Assembly: GCA_022813865.1 (NCBI GenBank)
Contig: JALDZX010000098.1
Span: forward strand, 1-44,107
Direction: 5' to 3'
Length of the DNA: 44,107 bases
Source: Xylographa opegraphella
Taxonomy: Eukaryota
The notes under the pieces were generated by a model. It worked only from the letters and a program-made list of their open reading frames with translations. It ran no database searches and had not been told where the DNA came from. A program made the translations under genes and the position numbers. Of the stretch, positions 10,541-23,239 are shown piece by piece. Every line of letters starts with the position of its first letter. Position 1 is the stretch's first letter.

Positions 10541-13500
10541 ATGAATGATGCTGGCAGCACGACGTTTGCTTCGGCATTCGCCAGTCCAACTTTTGAAAAA
10601 GACGGATCATTCGAAGTCAATAAACCAGTGGGCTCCATGTCTATTTCGCCCTGTGGACGTGATGTTGTTCTTGCTTCGTAAGTCTGCCCGTCAACATTTC
10701 ATTGACCCAAGGACTGGGCCACTGAACAACATATGACAGGCGTCAAGGTCTTCACATTATCGACCTTGATTCTCCATGGGCACCGCCTCGCCATCTGCCT
10801 TACCGGACACCATGGGAGGTTGCTGACGTTCAATGGTCCCCATTTCCAGCACGAGACTATTGGGTTATCAGCACATCAAACCAGAAGGCTCTAGTATGGA
10901 ACCTGGCTATGTCGACCCCACAGGCTTCCATCGAACATATTCTACACGCCCATACGCGCGCTATCACGGATATAAACTTCTCAGCACATCATCCTGATAT
11001 CCTTGCGACATGTGCCGTTGACAGTTATGTCCATTGCTGGGATCTCAGGCAGCCTGAAAGGCCAGTGTTGACATTCTGTGACTGGTTTGCAGGTGCCACT
11101 CAAGTCAAATGGAATCGACAGGATCCACACATTGTTGCATCCTCTCATGATAAATTTCTCCGTATCTGGGATGACCGCAAAGGCGCCTACCCTTTACGAT
11201 CCATTGCAGCTCACGATACTAAGATATACGGCGTAGATTGGAACAGGTCGGATTCATATTGCATTGTAACTTGCTCCTTGGACAAGACTATCAAATTCTG
11301 GGACTACACAATCCCAGAAGATGAACCAAACCGTGTTTTGAGAACGCCGTTCCCCGTGTGGCGAGCTCGTCATACGCCTTTCGGACACGGTATTTTAGCT
11401 ATGCCACAAAGAGGGGACTATGATCTGCACCTATACGATCGACGTCCGGTTGAAGATTTCAAGTCTGGCGAGGATGTCGCCCCGGTATATCGGTTCCAAG
11501 GACACCAAGATCAGGTCAAAGAGTTCCTCTGGAGGCCAAGAGGCACAATTGAGACTGGAATTGACAATCGTGAATTTCAGCTCGTTTCGTGGGGCTCAGA
11601 TCGATTCCTACGACTCCATGCAATCAATCAGACTACGTTGAAGGAAGTCGGTTACGAAAAAGGCAAAGTAGCGGACGAAAGCTTGAATATTACTCGTAAG
11701 AATGCCCTCTACAGAACTTTCAGAGAAGATGCATCCAAAGTAAGTGGTGAAAAATCGAAAAGTTTCGTCAAGGGTGTGTTGAATGATGACGAGACATCTA
11801 CCAGGTTCAATACACTGAGTACGAGGCTCGATGGAATAGGTACAGGTCCTCCACCAGTCTCTGGTGGCTGGGGTGATGGCGACTTTCTGACGTTCCGTCC
11901 GGGAATGCGGACTAGGATTTCTACTCGGGTAAACATTGACCCAATTGCTTGGATGAAAGGCGTCAAGATCGGAAAACGAGATGGTGCAATTGAACAAAGT
12001 GCAGCCTCGCTAGTATCTCCTCACTTCAGAGCCGACGGGAACTGGGATGATTTCGAATCTCTGGGTGAGGAGATCACGCATGTTGGAGCAAAATTTGGCA
12101 ACATAGATTTCTACGAGGTATGGAAGTTCCTTATTTCCCCTTGTTCAATCCAGCAGTACCGTGGAAACGAATCTCATATCTTTGAAGATAGACGTCCAGA
12201 ACCGATTCGTAAGACTATCGTTGTACGGGCCATGGGGTGCAAACGGCGCTTCTACCTATCTGGATTGCCAGCTCATTTTTCCCAATGGTTACCCAGCGGA
12301 AGAGTTACCAACATTCACTGTAGAGCAAACTGCAACAATTAGTACCTCCGTAATGTCAAAGCTGAGCGAAGATGTACGCACTATCAGTACTGCATATCTA
12401 GCTTATCAACGTGGATCGCTAGAAGCGGTGACGCGTTATCTACAAGGCGAACAAACTGTGGATGAACTCATGGCGTGGACTAAAGGTGGGCAAGAAGATA
12501 CCATTTCCCTTTTCCCTAGAGACGATGTATCGAGTTCTAGCGACGAGGAAGACGGCCTTGGAACCGGCTTGAATGGTCCAGCTGCTGAGCTTGGACAGTC
12601 TACAGAAATTTTAAGCTCTTCCAATGCGAACGCGAATGTGCCTTTACCAAAGGCCTGTGGAGCTGTGTGGTCTGAGAACGGGTGTCTAGTCTGTTTTTTT
12701 CCACCTAGGGAAGAAAAATCGCAGTCGCTACTTGGCTCACTGGGTCTTCCAGGGGCTGTTATGGTAGCGAAAAGTAGACGAAGCATATTTGATGGGTTTG
12801 GAAATTTCCATATAAGAAAACCGAACGCGAGAAGCAAATTGTCGAGTATGAAAACATTCGACAGTGATGTCGATTCTGAATCCGACTCCGACACCTCTTA
12901 CTCTTCTTCATCCCGCTCTTCTACTCTATCTAGAGATGTGAGCTCATTTCGACAAGAGATGCCACTTCACCCTATCCTACGAGGAGACGCCTTGCATCTT
13001 TCAGGCGCTGTAGATGATTCCCAGAGATCCGTGGGTAGTTTAAGCCTTTCAAGGTCTGCCGTCACCAACTCGAAAACTATCTTATCAATTCATAACCTTG
13101 AGTGCCTACTACCATCGAATCGCATTCTAGCAGAGAGCTACTTGCTTTCGCTACCCAATGCTTATCAACATAATGCCACAATAGCACGTGAGCATGGACT
13201 GTCACATGTTGCTGAAGTTTGGTCTCTTATCGACATGATTGTTCGAAACGAAGTTCCGCTGAATCGGTATATTGATACAGAGAAAAGCTTGGCTTTCCTA
13301 CTCCCTGTATCGTCGGCACTCTTCACGAAACCGAGACCCACCAGTGTGGGTGATCTGTCGCTTTATGAAAAACCACAGAGCGACCTTTCAGGTGGTAGAG
13401 GTTCTATTAAATGGGGTCAGCATCCTATGGGGAGTTCTTTTCTTATCAAGGCACTGTGAGTATAATACTTTACCGCTTCACTTACCATGAGGAACAACAG

Positions 13501-15054
13501 ACGCTAAAAGAATATAGATTTGTCTATTTCGAACGGCTTGCCGATGTTCAAATGCTAGCTATGATGTCCTGTATTTTTGACATGCCTAAAATAACAACAG
13601 TCAAAGACCCCCAACAGAATAAAAGCAGCAATATTAAGCAGGATTTGTTTGATTCGATTCATCACAGCTTGGAGCATCCGATTTCGACGCCGCAGGAATG
13701 GCGGCAATGGTATTACCCGTCTCGTGAGGTTGCACTCAGCCTTCTGCAGCCAACGTTTTCTGGTACTGGAACAGCAAATATTGCCAAGCTTAGTTTGGAT
13801 CCTCCTTCTGTAGCATCGTCCTTCGGTGCATCGGGTATTGATCCTGTAACACCATTTTCAACCGGTAGAACACCGCCTATGAGCTATGTGCCAGCTCGGA
13901 CGAACTCAAACAGGTCCGATCTGACATATCAGGTTCTCTCAACGTCGCCTGAGCAATTGCGAAATCCACACCGTTCTAACTCCAATCTAGCGAGCGCTTT
14001 CGCCGCTTCTTTTCAACGTCCTTTTACCTTAACCGCATCCGCGGCTTCCTCGCCACCGAATGCTCAACTTAAAAAGCGGGATAGTCCTGGAGCAAGCTAT
14101 GCACGTGGTCCTCAGCAAAGTGTTACCTGGGGTGCTGCAAGCATTTTCGGGAGATCATGGAGCGCTACTGAAGAGCCAACATCAGCCAATACCACCGTTG
14201 ACTCTCCTGAGACCGGTCATAGGCTTGACAAGAAAGACAAGAGCATGAAAGTCAACCTTAAAAACCAGGACTTGTTCGATGTCGAAGGGTACTCGAGTGC
14301 GCCGCTGCTTGATCCTATCCATGAGAATGACTACCGAAGCTACAAAGATATATATGCGGACATGCTCTTCATGTGGAACTTGCCAATGAAAAGGATTGAA
14401 ATACTACAGCACAATAGCAAGGCCTCCAGAAGGAATGATTCTACCGATACCACATCACTGGCAAAGGATATGTCGATAATGTCGATAGGCAAGAAGAGCA
14501 CCCATGCGGCAGCAGATATCGACGGCAAGCCCAGTCTTCTGTTGACAAAGATATGTCCCGAATGTAGTGACAGGACTTTTTTGAGTGTCGCAGGATCCAG
14601 ATCCACGTGCAGCTCTTGCCATTCTAAAGGATTGTCACTGGTCTGTGCTCTGTGTGACGAATTGATTCGGGGTCGTTCGACCCCATGTCTCGGATGTGGA
14701 CATCTCATTCATACTGCTTGTATGTCGCTTCTGGTCGACAAGTCCGATGACTCCAAGGCTGTTCAAGGGATGTGCATTCACGGATGCGACTGTTACTGTA
14801 TGACAGAAATTGTTGTTCCTGTGAGCTGGCCACAGGAGCAAGCAGCGCTGACGTCTTCTTCACCTTCTACTACTATAAGGGAAGGAGATGACAGACGTGG
14901 CAACCCGTGGAAGAAGAACTTCAGCGCACGCGAGGACGTCGCCTATGAGAGCTTGGCCAAGAACCTTGGAGTGGCGGGCACCAAATACATGAAGCCAAAG
15001 CATAATCATACTGGGTCCGGTAGGGACAAGCGGGTAAATTCCGTGAACAGATGA
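10541..15054 (+). CDS. MTC5: GATOR2/SEA complex subunit WDR59/Sea3/Mtc5 (WD40 repeats, RWD-like domain, C-terminal Zn/RING-like region)
   Basis: Exons 10541-10677, 10740-12117, 12188-13455, 13518-15054. WD40 motifs (WEVADVQWSP, HTRAITDINF, TPFPVWRARHTPFG), FPNGYP, NVPLPKACGAVWS..G.LVCFFP, ADVQMLAMMSCI, C-terminal CALC..CLGCGHLIHTAC..CIHGCDCYC. Confidence 0.92.
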
Positions 15055-15926
15055 ACTCAAGCTCCGTTGTGAACGGTGTATATTATGATGTACCAGTAAG
15101 ATCTGAAGGTGGTAATCTATGTACGAGCGATATCTGTAAAGTATGCTCCTTCCCCAATGAGAAGGATAAGCATGGAGGAGTGATGTAACGTTTAGTCTCA
15201 TTCTTAATATCGAGTATTCAGTCCTATAAACTGACTGTAGATAAATCTGGCATATATACTCTATCCATACCGAAGATAACCAAAAACTTGACCACCATCG
15301 CCCTTGACATCCCCATATTCCATCAACAAGCCTCTTCCCTCTGATCCCACCAGAGCCGCCTACGTAATCCCCATCACTCACCCTCCACGAGTCATCCAAG
15401 CTCAATCTCCAAACCCGCCCGGGAGCCCAAACGCATCCAGACCGACAAACGAACCAATAGCAACCTCCCGTCCCCCGGCCGGCCGCACCCAATCCCTGTC
15501 CCCGTCTAGCCTAGCGCCGTGCTGCCCAAGCACCCCAGGAAAAACAAACTGCAGCACGACGGCTGACGGTGGTGATAAAACCCGTGCAGCGACTTTCGCT
15601 CTGGAGCCTCTCGCCCTCTCTCCCTCCCTCCCTCCACCTCTCTCCCTCTGCCCGCCGCCACCACAGCATGAGACAGACGAGCAGCCTCGCCGCCCATACA
15701 GCTCCCAGCGTCCCCGTCTCCGCAGCCAGCCGCAGCCAGCTCCTCCCGCGCCGCCAGACACCCCGATCGCCCACCAGCTCCACGGCTCGCAACAACCCGC
15801 TCCGCACGACCAGCAGCAGCAGCAAAAGCAGAAACAACAGCATCTCCGCACCCACCCCTCGCCTCTCTTCGCCCCGCGCGCTGCCCGCACCCCTCAGCAT
15901 GACCGCCCGCCCCCTCCGCCAATGAC

Positions 15927-16622
15927 ATGCCGTCCCCCCTCCCACCCTCCATCCCCGACACGCAGCTCGGCCTCTCGGCCGCGGAGGTGCACCTGCTGCG
16001 GCAGCACCAAGCGCTTGCGCTCGCGCCCACGCCCTCCTACGCTTCCTCCACCGTTTCCTCCGCCCAGCGCTACGGCAGCGCCGGCCGCGGCCGCGGCTCC
16101 GTCCGCAGCAGTGCCGCCAGCAGTCGTGCCGGTAGCGCGGGCAGTGCCGCTGGCCAGGGCCGGTTGGTGCTCGATGCGGGCAGTTTGAGTGTGCTGGGGG
16201 CGCATTTTGAGAGGGTCATGGGCCGCATTCAGGAGAGGGTTGATTATGTGAGTTTTTGTTTTTCTGGGGGCTTTTGGGGGGGCGGGGAGGGGTGGAGGAG
16301 GAGGGAGATGAGAAGATTGGTATAAGGTTTGCGTGTTCAGTTGGGATGTGGTTACTCGGTGTTTACGGCCGCTTGGGTTTCATTTTGCTAATGAACGCCC
16401 CTCCAGCTGTCGGCCCAGACGACCATGTCCACGACCTCTCAGTCCCGCTCCGCGGCCAGCACGATCGCCAGCGCCGACGCGGAGATCGCGCGCTTCAAGG
16501 ACATCCTGCGGCAGATCGACGAGCTGGAGACCGAGTTCGACAAGGTCCGGCACATCCGGGACATCGTCAAGAGCTTCCGCGCGCGCGTCGAGGGCATCGG
16601 CGGCAGGCTGGGCAGACGCTAG
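15927..16622 (+). CDS. CNL1: BLOC-1 complex subunit CNL1 (Cappuccino/BLOS4-like) coiled-coil protein
   Basis: Exons 15927-16247 and 16407-16622 (GTGAGT..CTAAT..CCAG). IPDTQLGLSAAEVHLLRQHQ..QGRLVLD..ADAEIARFKDILRQIDELETEFDKVRHIRDIVK resembles fungal proteins annotated as CNL1. Confidence 0.75.
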
Positions 16623-17571
16623 AGGAGCCCTCCCGGTGGGGGGAAGCAGGCGTGATTGATGATGATGTGCGAGCGAGTGGTCATGAACGAGGGTACGAAT
16701 GCTATGGAAAAAAGGGGGCCGATACGACGATGAGTGATGGTGTACACACTCGACACATAGAGGCGGGCGGAATCCCTCGCGGGAGACAGGAGCGGAGCGC
16801 GTGCGTGTGAGCGGGGGCACGGGCTTTGCTTTGAAGAATAGACTTGGACAGTTGGGCGGGACTCCCTCGCGGGAGCGAACGGGGGGTTGGTGTGTATGGG
16901 TTGTATTATGGGTATACCCCCCCCTCCTTTGCTGTCGCTTCACGGTGTTGGCACGGGTTTCGCTGTTGTGCGCGGTCCGGTGCTGAACTTGTGCTTTTGA
17001 CCGGTTTGTGATACATGTTTTGTCGTCTGGCTCGCTTTTTCGGTTCGGGAACCGGTTACGTGGGGAGAATGGATTGTGCTTTGGGATGGGGGGCAGGATA
17101 ATTTAGCGTGGTTTTTTATAAATGGTGTTTTTGATTACGGACTGGGTCGTGAAATGGTGGTTTTCGTGGTGTGGATGACGATGGGGCTTGCTGTAATGGT
17201 GTCTTCTTTATACGCTTTTCTGGTGCATGAATGAGATTATCGATGAGATACCTAATATTGTTTACGTAAAGCTTTGTCCTAACGCGCTAGATTGTTTCTG
17301 GTCGTACGTCGGAGTGATCCTCGGGTTATGGCTGCTGTCAAGAATGGCGCCCACGAAACGGTTCTCTTGGCATTTGATATTGGGCACTGTAAGTCGCAGC
17401 TCGAGAAAGAAGGATTTGGCCTGCCTTTGAGAAGTTGTTGCTCTTGAGGGATTAGGACGGAAGGATGGGACGCTGACAGAATTGGGATGGAGTTTTGGAG
17501 GAGTGGGTGGAAGAGGCAGGCACGACGATTACTTGTTCAAGACTGGAGCCGTTTATGGTAGGCAACATATG

Positions 17572-17709
17572 GAAAGGGAGCAAAGAATCCTCTACTGGAT
17601 TATACCTTAATGGCATATAGAAAGGGAGCAAAGAAACCCCTACTGGATCACACCTCAACAGCATACAGAAAGGGAGCAAAGAACCCCCTACTGGATCACA
17701 CCTCAACAG
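17572..17709. repeat. 48-bp tandem repeat, about 2.9 copies
   Basis: Units start at 17572, 17620 and 17668; consensus GAAAGGGAGCAAAGAANCCCCTACTGGATCACACCTCAACAGCATACA. Confidence 0.9.
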
Positions 17710-18993
17710 GACGTGTAGGAGCAAATCACAAGGCCGGAAGCAGATTGATGAGTTTGGCGAGACGACTCGCATGAACAAATCAGCTCAAGGCTCCGACTGT
17801 TATCCTATTCTTGAGCTATATTGGCCCTGCTCATGATGGGGACTGAGGATGTGATGGACCAACACTGATTCGAGCTCGAGGGCTTTCGAACCAGAGGGAG
17901 GTTGATCTCCTGAACCGTCAAAGGCGGCAAACGTCCTGTGGCGAGGCGGTGTGAGAGGAAGGTGTAGAGGGCGGGATGAGTGGTGTTGGAAAGGCGACCT
18001 CCCATCTGAAGCTTGACCTTCATTACCGTACCTTATTCATGCACCGAGGCGCCTCTGTGTGCGGTTGACAGTCCCGATGAGGCAAGCACTAGTGGAGCTC
18101 TTCCTTGATTTCGAAAGCTTGGCGGGCGTGTCGGGTGTGCGCCATGCTGCATGCAGCAACGTTTGCACGCCACGGCACTCTCCGTCCGCCCAATCGATAG
18201 CGAGCTCCGTTTCGAGCGCTGGGGAATGAAAGGGTCACCCGCAGGCTTTGCTTCCCTTGTTTTGTCATTTTGTGCGTTGCAAGCGAAGGGGAGCTGTGGA
18301 CAAAAGATGAGACGGGACGAGGGCCATGCTGCTTCGGCAATTGCTGGGCGTTCCTTCCCCGAAACGTGCGAGTGCGGGCTTTTTCCGGCCAGAGAGGCGG
18401 GCCTGATTGCTTCGTGAATAAGTTTAGCAATCCAGCTATGAATAGTTGCACTTCCGCTGAAGATCAGCCTGGTTGTCGTTAGATCTTGGACGATCCGAGG
18501 CTCTCTCTCTCTCCGATTCTCCATCATCCACCGTTGTGGGTAGAAAATGTGCATCTCCCGAGCAGGGGGACGGGGGCCAGCAATTCAATTGACGGGGGGA
18601 GTTGGTGCGGATTCCGGGTACGGCAAGCGGCCAATGGTCAGTGAAGCCTTCGCTTCAGGCTTGGCCCCAATCTTCTCGCCCCCCCGTGTGCAGAGGCTTC
18701 CCTAGTAGGAATGGGGCGAGTGGGTTACCCGGGACCTGGATTTAGGGGCCCGTCCCCCTAACTTTGACGCCGGTAGTGGGGAACAGAGCCTGCGGGAGAT
18801 AAGCAGAAGATTGCCTGTTTCGAATCCTTCAGTGAGGTGAAGCTGGGCAAATTTCGCTTGGGTGCCGGATCATCGTGATAGCCGGCCAGGAGCCAAAAAT
18901 AGATGGCCGGGGTGGAGGAGGCTAGGGCAAAGGGCCAGTTTGAGGAAGGATGAGAAGAGGATCAGCGGCTCGTGGAGTTGTGCCACCTTCTGC

Positions 18994-19047
18994 AACACTG
19001 AACACTGAACACTGGACACTGAACACTGAACACTCAACGCTGAACGC
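18994..19047. repeat. Heptamer microsatellite (AACACTG) x about 7
   Basis: aacactg aacactg aacactg gacactg aacactg aacactc aacgctg aacgc. Confidence 0.9.
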
Positions 19048-20601
19048 ACGAGGGCGGGCTCACGGCGAAGATGTTGCCGAGCTATTTTGGAGAGCTCATC
19101 ATCGTCGTCCCCTATTGTGGTGCAGTAACTACACCTTAGTACCCACGCTATTACATTACAGCACCCAAAGGGCCCCCGATGCGGTTATCAATCAGCATTC
19201 CTGCGGAGATAGGGCCGTCCGGTATGACCGGCGCTCGCTGGAGGCAGAGAAGTGCTAGGAGTGCGAAGTTCTGGAGGATAGGGGCTCACGACCCGTGCGA
19301 CCAGCGAAGGTGCCTGTCGGGTTGGTGCTGCTCCGTCGTCGTTACGCTTCCGCATCCCAGACCTTTTAATCTTCTGCGCATCACGCCAGGCCGCGTCTGG
19401 TATCAAGCACCAGCAAATTGACTTTGGCGATGGCCGGGACCACTCTGCACCTTCGCAATTCCAGTCAGCAAGAAGTTGAAGGTGCAGTCACACTGAGCCT
19501 CGAGAGCGCACAGGTAATAATAATGAATGATGGACTGCTCAACAGGTTTGGGGCGTATCATAATTCATTCTGTATGTGACCCGCTGCTGGAGCCTGCGCC
19601 ACCAAGGAATAGCTGTGAGGATCTGGCTCATCTTCAATCCGGAGCCCTAAGGGCAGTGCTGACCAGGCTCTGGATTTGTTCGCATGTTTGGCCCAACTTA
19701 GATTCTGGCCATCCTGCCCGCCAGCGCCAGGAACACGTAGACCAGCATCGAAAGAGCAACAATCGCCGCTCAGGAACATAGTACTTGTACCCAGAGAAGG
19801 TGCCCTCCATGCCGGTCCGTGTCAGTGCTTAGAAGCCCGAATTATTGCTACGCGTTCTTTGGCTCCCCTTGCACAGAAGAAGCTCGGACGTGCCAGCACC
19901 GAAAGTCCCCGTCACGGCACTGTAATCATAATCCAATAATAATAAGAAAAACGTTCGTCGCTCTCATTTTCCACCTTTCTCCCCTCCCCCCTGCCCTGTC
20001 GTTCAAGCCGAGCTAGCAGCTTTTTGCGCGCCCACGACCGCTGCTCAACTCAAACCCTCCTCCATCTTGATCGGAAATTCTCCTCTCTCTCAGCGCTCAA
20101 ACCCCTCTTCGTCTTCGAGTTGTCTCGGTGTGTTTGTCGGATCGCAAGTCGCTCGCTTTTAGTTCGCGACCGACCTCCTGGGTCTGACAGCAGTGAACTG
20201 TACCTGATAGACCCGTCCACTGCTCCTGCCGCGACTACCGAATCGAGATTGGCGTCTGTTCCCCGACCGTTGCTCCGTCTCCTCTGTGCTGAACAAAGTC
20301 AAACCGTTTCACCATACCTCCAGCTGTCACTCTTTACACAAACCATCACAATCAATATCTCACCTGGGGTCTTTCCCTCACATTCATTTCGGGCAGCTCT
20401 TGCCGTTTCGCAAAACCTCGACCCTCCATCAGCGCTCATCGAAATATTTTTTTGGCGTGGTCTCAGTCGCCGACATCGACGACCAAGCTGGATACATAAT
20501 CTCCGAGACACGAAGCGTGGGCAATCCACCATCATCGTGGTTTCTGGTGCCTTGGATCTCCCTGCCGACGTGGTAGCTTTCAATAAAGAGCCGCGCATAC
20601 A

Positions 20602-23239
20602 ATGGCTCCTTCTCCTCCAAGACTCCGTATTCTATCCGGTAAGTCCCTGCGTGCGCAACTGCCCACCTCACGTTTTTCCGCTATCTGCAGTCATCTGTCA
20701 ACCTCCTCCATCTTTTATCTGAACACACGACCATGTCTCGCAGAGCTAACAGATTTTGCGTAGTGGGCGGAAATGCTGTATCGGCATTTCTCTCTTGGCG
20801 ATTGCAGGCAACGAATGCCTGCGACGTAACCTTGGTTTGGAAGTCTGGCTTCGACGCCGTCTCACAATATGGTATCTCATTTAAGTAAGTTGGCTTATCG
20901 GGCCTCTTTTCCACCGATGATAATTGATTTCTGACAATCATGATAGATCTAAGCTTTTCGGCAATGAACGGTTCAAGCCGCGACATGGTATGAATGCCAC
21001 AGACAACACTTTATCCTTACGGGCATACTGATCAGGTGATAGTGGTGAGGACACCAGAAGACGCGGCATCGAAGAAGGCTGCTTTCGACTACGTTTTGCT
21101 TTGCGTGAAAGCGTTACCGGATGTCTATGACCTGGCCGCTGTCATCGAATCCGTCGTCACTCCCCAGCACACCTGCATTCTCGTCAACACCACACATACT
21201 CTAGGTGTCGAAGCACATCTCGAAGAGCGGTTTCCCACAAATGTCGTATTGTCTCTAGTTTCCGGAGCAGAATTGGTTCAACTTGGAGCCAGCGAATTCG
21301 AGCATCTTGGCGCCACGGAAGTATGGGTTGGTCCGGCCAACAAGAACACGGCCATACCTGCGACAATACAGAATGACATGGCAGAAGCTCTTGCGATGAC
21401 CTTGAGCACGGGTCATGTGGAGTGCAAAGTGTCTGACAACATAAGACAGCAACAATACGAGCGGATGATCGGGTAAGTCTACATCCAATGTATAGCGATC
21501 CGTTGACACTGAGATTCTTCAGCCCAATCGCTTTCCATCCGACCAGCGTACTGTTCGAAACCCCTTCCCATTCCGAACTCATCAGCAAGATTGGTGTTCG
21601 ATCGCTCATCTCCGACGTGATCGATGAACTTCTCCAGCTTGCAGTGGCGCAGGACTGTAAATTCGGCAGTGACTTCAAGGAGAAAACTATGGCGGCCATG
21701 CTTCAACCCTCCGAGGTAAACAGCATCATGTACCAAGATTTTTCCGCTAAGCGACCGATGGAAGTGGAGACTTATCTGGGATCTCCTATCAAGCTAGCTC
21801 AAAGTACGGGTGTCCACGTACCTCGGATCGAGACACTCTACGCTCTCCTGCATCATATCAATATCCTCAACCAGACCAGACCTGTACCCACTGGTTCTCC
21901 CAAGATGGGACAAGGTCCGCCGCCCCTGCCTCGATTTCAGTCTGGGCCACCCCGGCCTCCAATGAACGGCATAACAAATGGGGCTTCGAGGGGATCAAGG
22001 GCGCCGTCATTGAATGGTGCGATGGGCCCACCCTCCCGTAGAGGACCACCTTCCATAAATGGTGGCTATCCTCCACGAACTTCAAGTGGGTACAATGGAA
22101 GAGGGCCACCTTCGAATCAAATATCCCGCCGACCATCGTTTGAAAACAATGACCTTGGCGAAGAGTTCAGTCATCTTGTCCTGTACGATGACATTCCTGA
22201 AGGTGATGTAGCTCCTGGAATGATTCCGGGTCACGGATCATCTGCGGAACTAGCAATAAGGGAAAGAGAACTCATGCTACGGCAAAGAGAACTACAGCTC
22301 CGTGAGCAAGAGTTCGGCATGAAGAGAGGAGGTAGAAGACCACCGCCCTCGCATCGTGGTGATTTTGACGATGACGATGACGAGGATGACTTCTTTGACC
22401 CCATGAACAGCCGTGGACCACCGTTGCCTCAGATCGACCCGGAGAATTTCGATATGATGAGTGTCACCTCTCGTCGTACCCGAAAAGCCCCTTCGGCCAG
22501 TCAGTTACGCAACAATCTAGAAATGGCAGGTGGCCAAGGACCTCGGAAAGGCCATTCCTTTGGCGGTACAAGGCCTAATATGAACAGAAACCGGGCCTCG
22601 GCGCGGTTCGTGGCAGATGTACCAGGGAAATATGACTCGTTGATGGAGAACCCGCTGATGGCGTATTCGTCCGACCGCTACGGCAGTGTCGACCGGAAAA
22701 ACATTCAGGATGAGTCTCGGGTGAACTCGCTAACGAGGGAACGGTTGGCTGAGCTGCAAGGCGCAGGCAACATGCCCGGCATGAACGGTGCATATCCTAG
22801 CCCGGCTGGCAACGTGAATGGCAACAACCCTTACCCCAGTCCACGACGCACAAGTCTTTCCCCAGGAGATCCTTTGAATCCTGGGAGACGGCCGAATGGA
22901 AGACCGTCACCGCCCGGTGCGAATGGATATCTAGCACCGAATGGTATGCCGGGGAATGGGAGACCATCTCCGCCTGGAATGATGCGTCAACCTGTCCCGA
23001 GGCATCCTCCGGGGCAAGGAAATGCGGTAGCGCCGCAACAGGTCGAGCAACATGCTGGGGTGAGCAACCTTTACCCACCCAAAGGCCTTCCACCAAACAA
23101 TGTTCGCAGTCTGACGGGTAGTGCGAGCGCTAGCGCGGGGAGTGGTGACAGCGGTGCCAGCGCTCTTATAGATTCCGAGAATTCGGCGCACAGCAGCCAA
23201 AGCAGCCTGGGTCCACGAGCACCGATCGGTGTCCGTTGA
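20602..23239 (+). CDS. Ketopantoate reductase (ApbA/PanE)-fold protein with long Pro/Gly-rich disordered tail, Svl3/Pam1-like
   Basis: Exons 20602-20638, 20764-20884, 20947-20987, 21043-21472, 21523-23239. MAPSPPRLRILSVGGNAVSAFLSWRLQAT (degenerate Rossmann start), FDYVLLCVKALPDVYDL, SIMYQDF..KRPMEVETYLGSPI, PRIETLYALL. Confidence 0.85.

Noticed and set aside
15304..16205. Long overlapping Pro/Gly/Arg-rich ORFs on both strands
   Set aside because: Shadow frames of GC-rich low-complexity DNA; only the CNL1 frame has recognisable sequence and splice signals.
17189..17200. GCTGTAATGG resembling the 5' end of fungal SRP RNA
   Set aside because: No helix-8 motif or Pol III terminator at a suitable distance.
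17572..17709. Pheromone-precursor-like peptide repeats
   Set aside because: No KR processing sites, no signal peptide, and stop codons interrupt the plus-strand frames.
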